Origin: Magallana gigas
Taxonomy: Eukaryota
Reading direction: 5' to 3'
Assembly: GCF_963853765.1 (NCBI RefSeq)
Contig: NC_088860.1
Location: forward strand, 36,766,001 to 36,830,000
DNA: 64,000 bases
Shown: positions 62,450 through 64,000 of the stretch, piece by piece
Numbering within the stretch: position 1 is the stretch's first letter
How the letters are laid out: each line of letters begins with the position of its first letter
Notes under the pieces: model-generated
Told to the model about the DNA's origin: nothing
Databases searched by the model: none
Seen by the model: only the letters and a program-made list of their open reading frames with translations
Program-made: the position numbers and the translations under genes

Positions 62450-63988
62450 AACAAGATATCTGTGAGCCAATGCTCACTAGTGATACCCCCGCTCTGATGT
62501 GAATATGCAAAATAAGCAAAGTCGACATTTAACAGAAAGCTGGCATCCGATTGGTACAGAAATATATCCCACAATATAGCATGCCTAAACAAACACTGTG
62601 TAAAAATTTCAAGCATCTCCGATAAATAGCTGCTGAGAAATCTTTGACGAAAATTTGTTTGAAAATTTTGGCAAAAAATAAACAAAGTCATTATTTAACA
62701 GGAAGTTGACGTCCGATTGATACAAAAATATATCCCACAATATGGCATGCCAAAACAAATAGTGTGTTAAAATTTCAAGCATCTGCGATAAATAGCTGCT
62801 GAGAAATCTTTGACGAAAATTTGTTTGAAAATGTTGGCTAAAAATAAACAGTCGTCATTTAACAGGAAGTTGACACCCGATTGGTACAAAAATATATACC
62901 ACGATATGGCATGCGTATACAAATATTGTGTTAAAATTTCAAGCATCTGCAATAAATAGCTGCAGGACTGTAGCTCCCGGTCTGAAAAAATTCGGATGGA
63001 CGACTTGGGAGCTACAGTGCCTCCCATAGTAAAAAACTGCAATTTACGGCGCACAAAAAATTGCGCTAAGTTTGGACTTATTAACCTTATTTTCACACAA
63101 ATTCTGTAAAAATAATTAGAACCATAAAATTCTTCAGCAAATTTACTACTGATATCATCACTTTACTTGCCTCAGACCTTCTCTTAAACATGATAACCGA
63201 CCTCGGAAAATGAAGTATGTTAATTTACGTCGAGATCGAGAGTCGCCATTTTTAAATGTAAACAAACATGCACCACTTTAATTGACAGGGCTGGGGATGG
63301 TGTTTAAAAGAATATCAGAGGCAAGTGAAGTGACAATATCTGTAGTAAAATGTCCGAGGAATTTTTGGGGATTAAATATTTGTACAGAATGTGATCGTAG
63401 ATGAGATTAATCGGTCAAAACCTAGCGCATTTTTTTGTGCGCCGTAAATTGCAGTTTTTTACTATGGGAGGCACTGTAGCTCCCAGGTCGTCCATCCGAA
63501 TTTTTTCAGACCGGGAGCTACAGTCCTGCAGCTACTGCAATAAACAGTTGCTGAGAAATCTTTGACGAAAATTTGTTTGAAAATTTTGGCTAAAAAATAA
63601 GCAAAGTCGTCATTTAACAGGAAGTTGACGTCTGATTGGTACAAAAATATATCCCACTATATGGCATGCCTTAACAAACACTGTGTTAAAATTTCAAGCA
63701 TCTGCAATAAATAGTTGCTGAGAAATCTTTGACGAAAATTTGTTTGAAAATTTTGGTTAAAAAATAAGCAAAGTCGTCATTTAACAGGAAGTTGACGTCC
63801 GATTGGTACAAAAATATATCCCACGATATTGCATGCCTTAACAAACACTGTGTTAAAATTTCAAGCATCTGCGATAAATAGTTGCTGAGATAAATGTGAC
63901 AGAAATTTTTGTTACGGACGGACAGACGGACAGACAGACACACAAGGGTAAAACAGTATACCCCCTCTCCTTCGGAGCGGGGGTATAA
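62450..63988 (+). mobile_element. Pearl/CvA-like Helentron-associated element (HINE) carrying ~5 copies of a 166-bp core repeat
   Basis: Subterminal IRs ATACCCCCGCTC (~62484) and GAGCGGGGGTAT (~63975), with a 3' hairpin TATACCCCCCTCTCCTTCGGAGCGGGGGTATA and an (ACGG/ACAG)n microsatellite at ~63915-63940. The core period is 166 bp (62624 to 62790; 63545 to 63711 to 63877). The monomer length equals the Cg170 oyster satellite, but identity was not verified. Confidence 0.8.
62957..63534. mobile_element. Mutator-like MITE (578 bp, ~117-bp TIRs, 10-bp TSD) inserted in a satellite monomer
   Basis: TIRs start TAGCTGCAGGACTGTAGCTCCCGGTCTGAAAAAATTCGG and differ at about 3 positions over ~117 bp. CTGCAATAAA is duplicated at 62947-62956 and 63535-63544. 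Confidence 0.85.
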
Positions 63989-64000
63989 TTATAGCACTTT

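Overview
AT-rich, intron-rich animal genomic DNA, most likely an ostreid bivalve (oyster), judged from the TRIM/NHL genes, Penelope-type RT remnant and Helentron-like (HINE/Pearl) repeats; the species is an inference. All host genes are on the minus strand. (1) An NHL beta-propeller ORF of the bivalve TRIM-like family (1179-2000). (2) A 14-exon NIDO-IPT-AMOP-VWD (SUSD2/Mesh/MUC4-like) gene (4587-26161), with one GC-AG intron and two large TE-filled introns; its 5' end is unresolved. (3) A B-box/coiled-coil/NHL TRIM gene split by a ~1 kb insertion (42425-45046). (4) The last 27 exons of a SNRNP200/Brr2 helicase gene (46789-62084). I traced exon phases by hand and they close correctly for both multi-exon genes. 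Mobile DNA includes an intact pogo-superfamily transposon in a SNRNP200 intron, decayed LINE and Penelope elements, Harbinger-, Kolobok- and Mutator-type MITEs, Helentron-like elements and a possible solo LTR. No prokaryote-type system or true CRISPR is present. The strongest unexplained structures are a six-unit 24-nt array of duplicated 5' splice sites in SNRNP200, a repeat-spacer array and a perfect 106-bp palindrome inside the TRIM-splitting insertion, and tRNA-like Pol III boxes in each unit of a tandem Helentron-like array.
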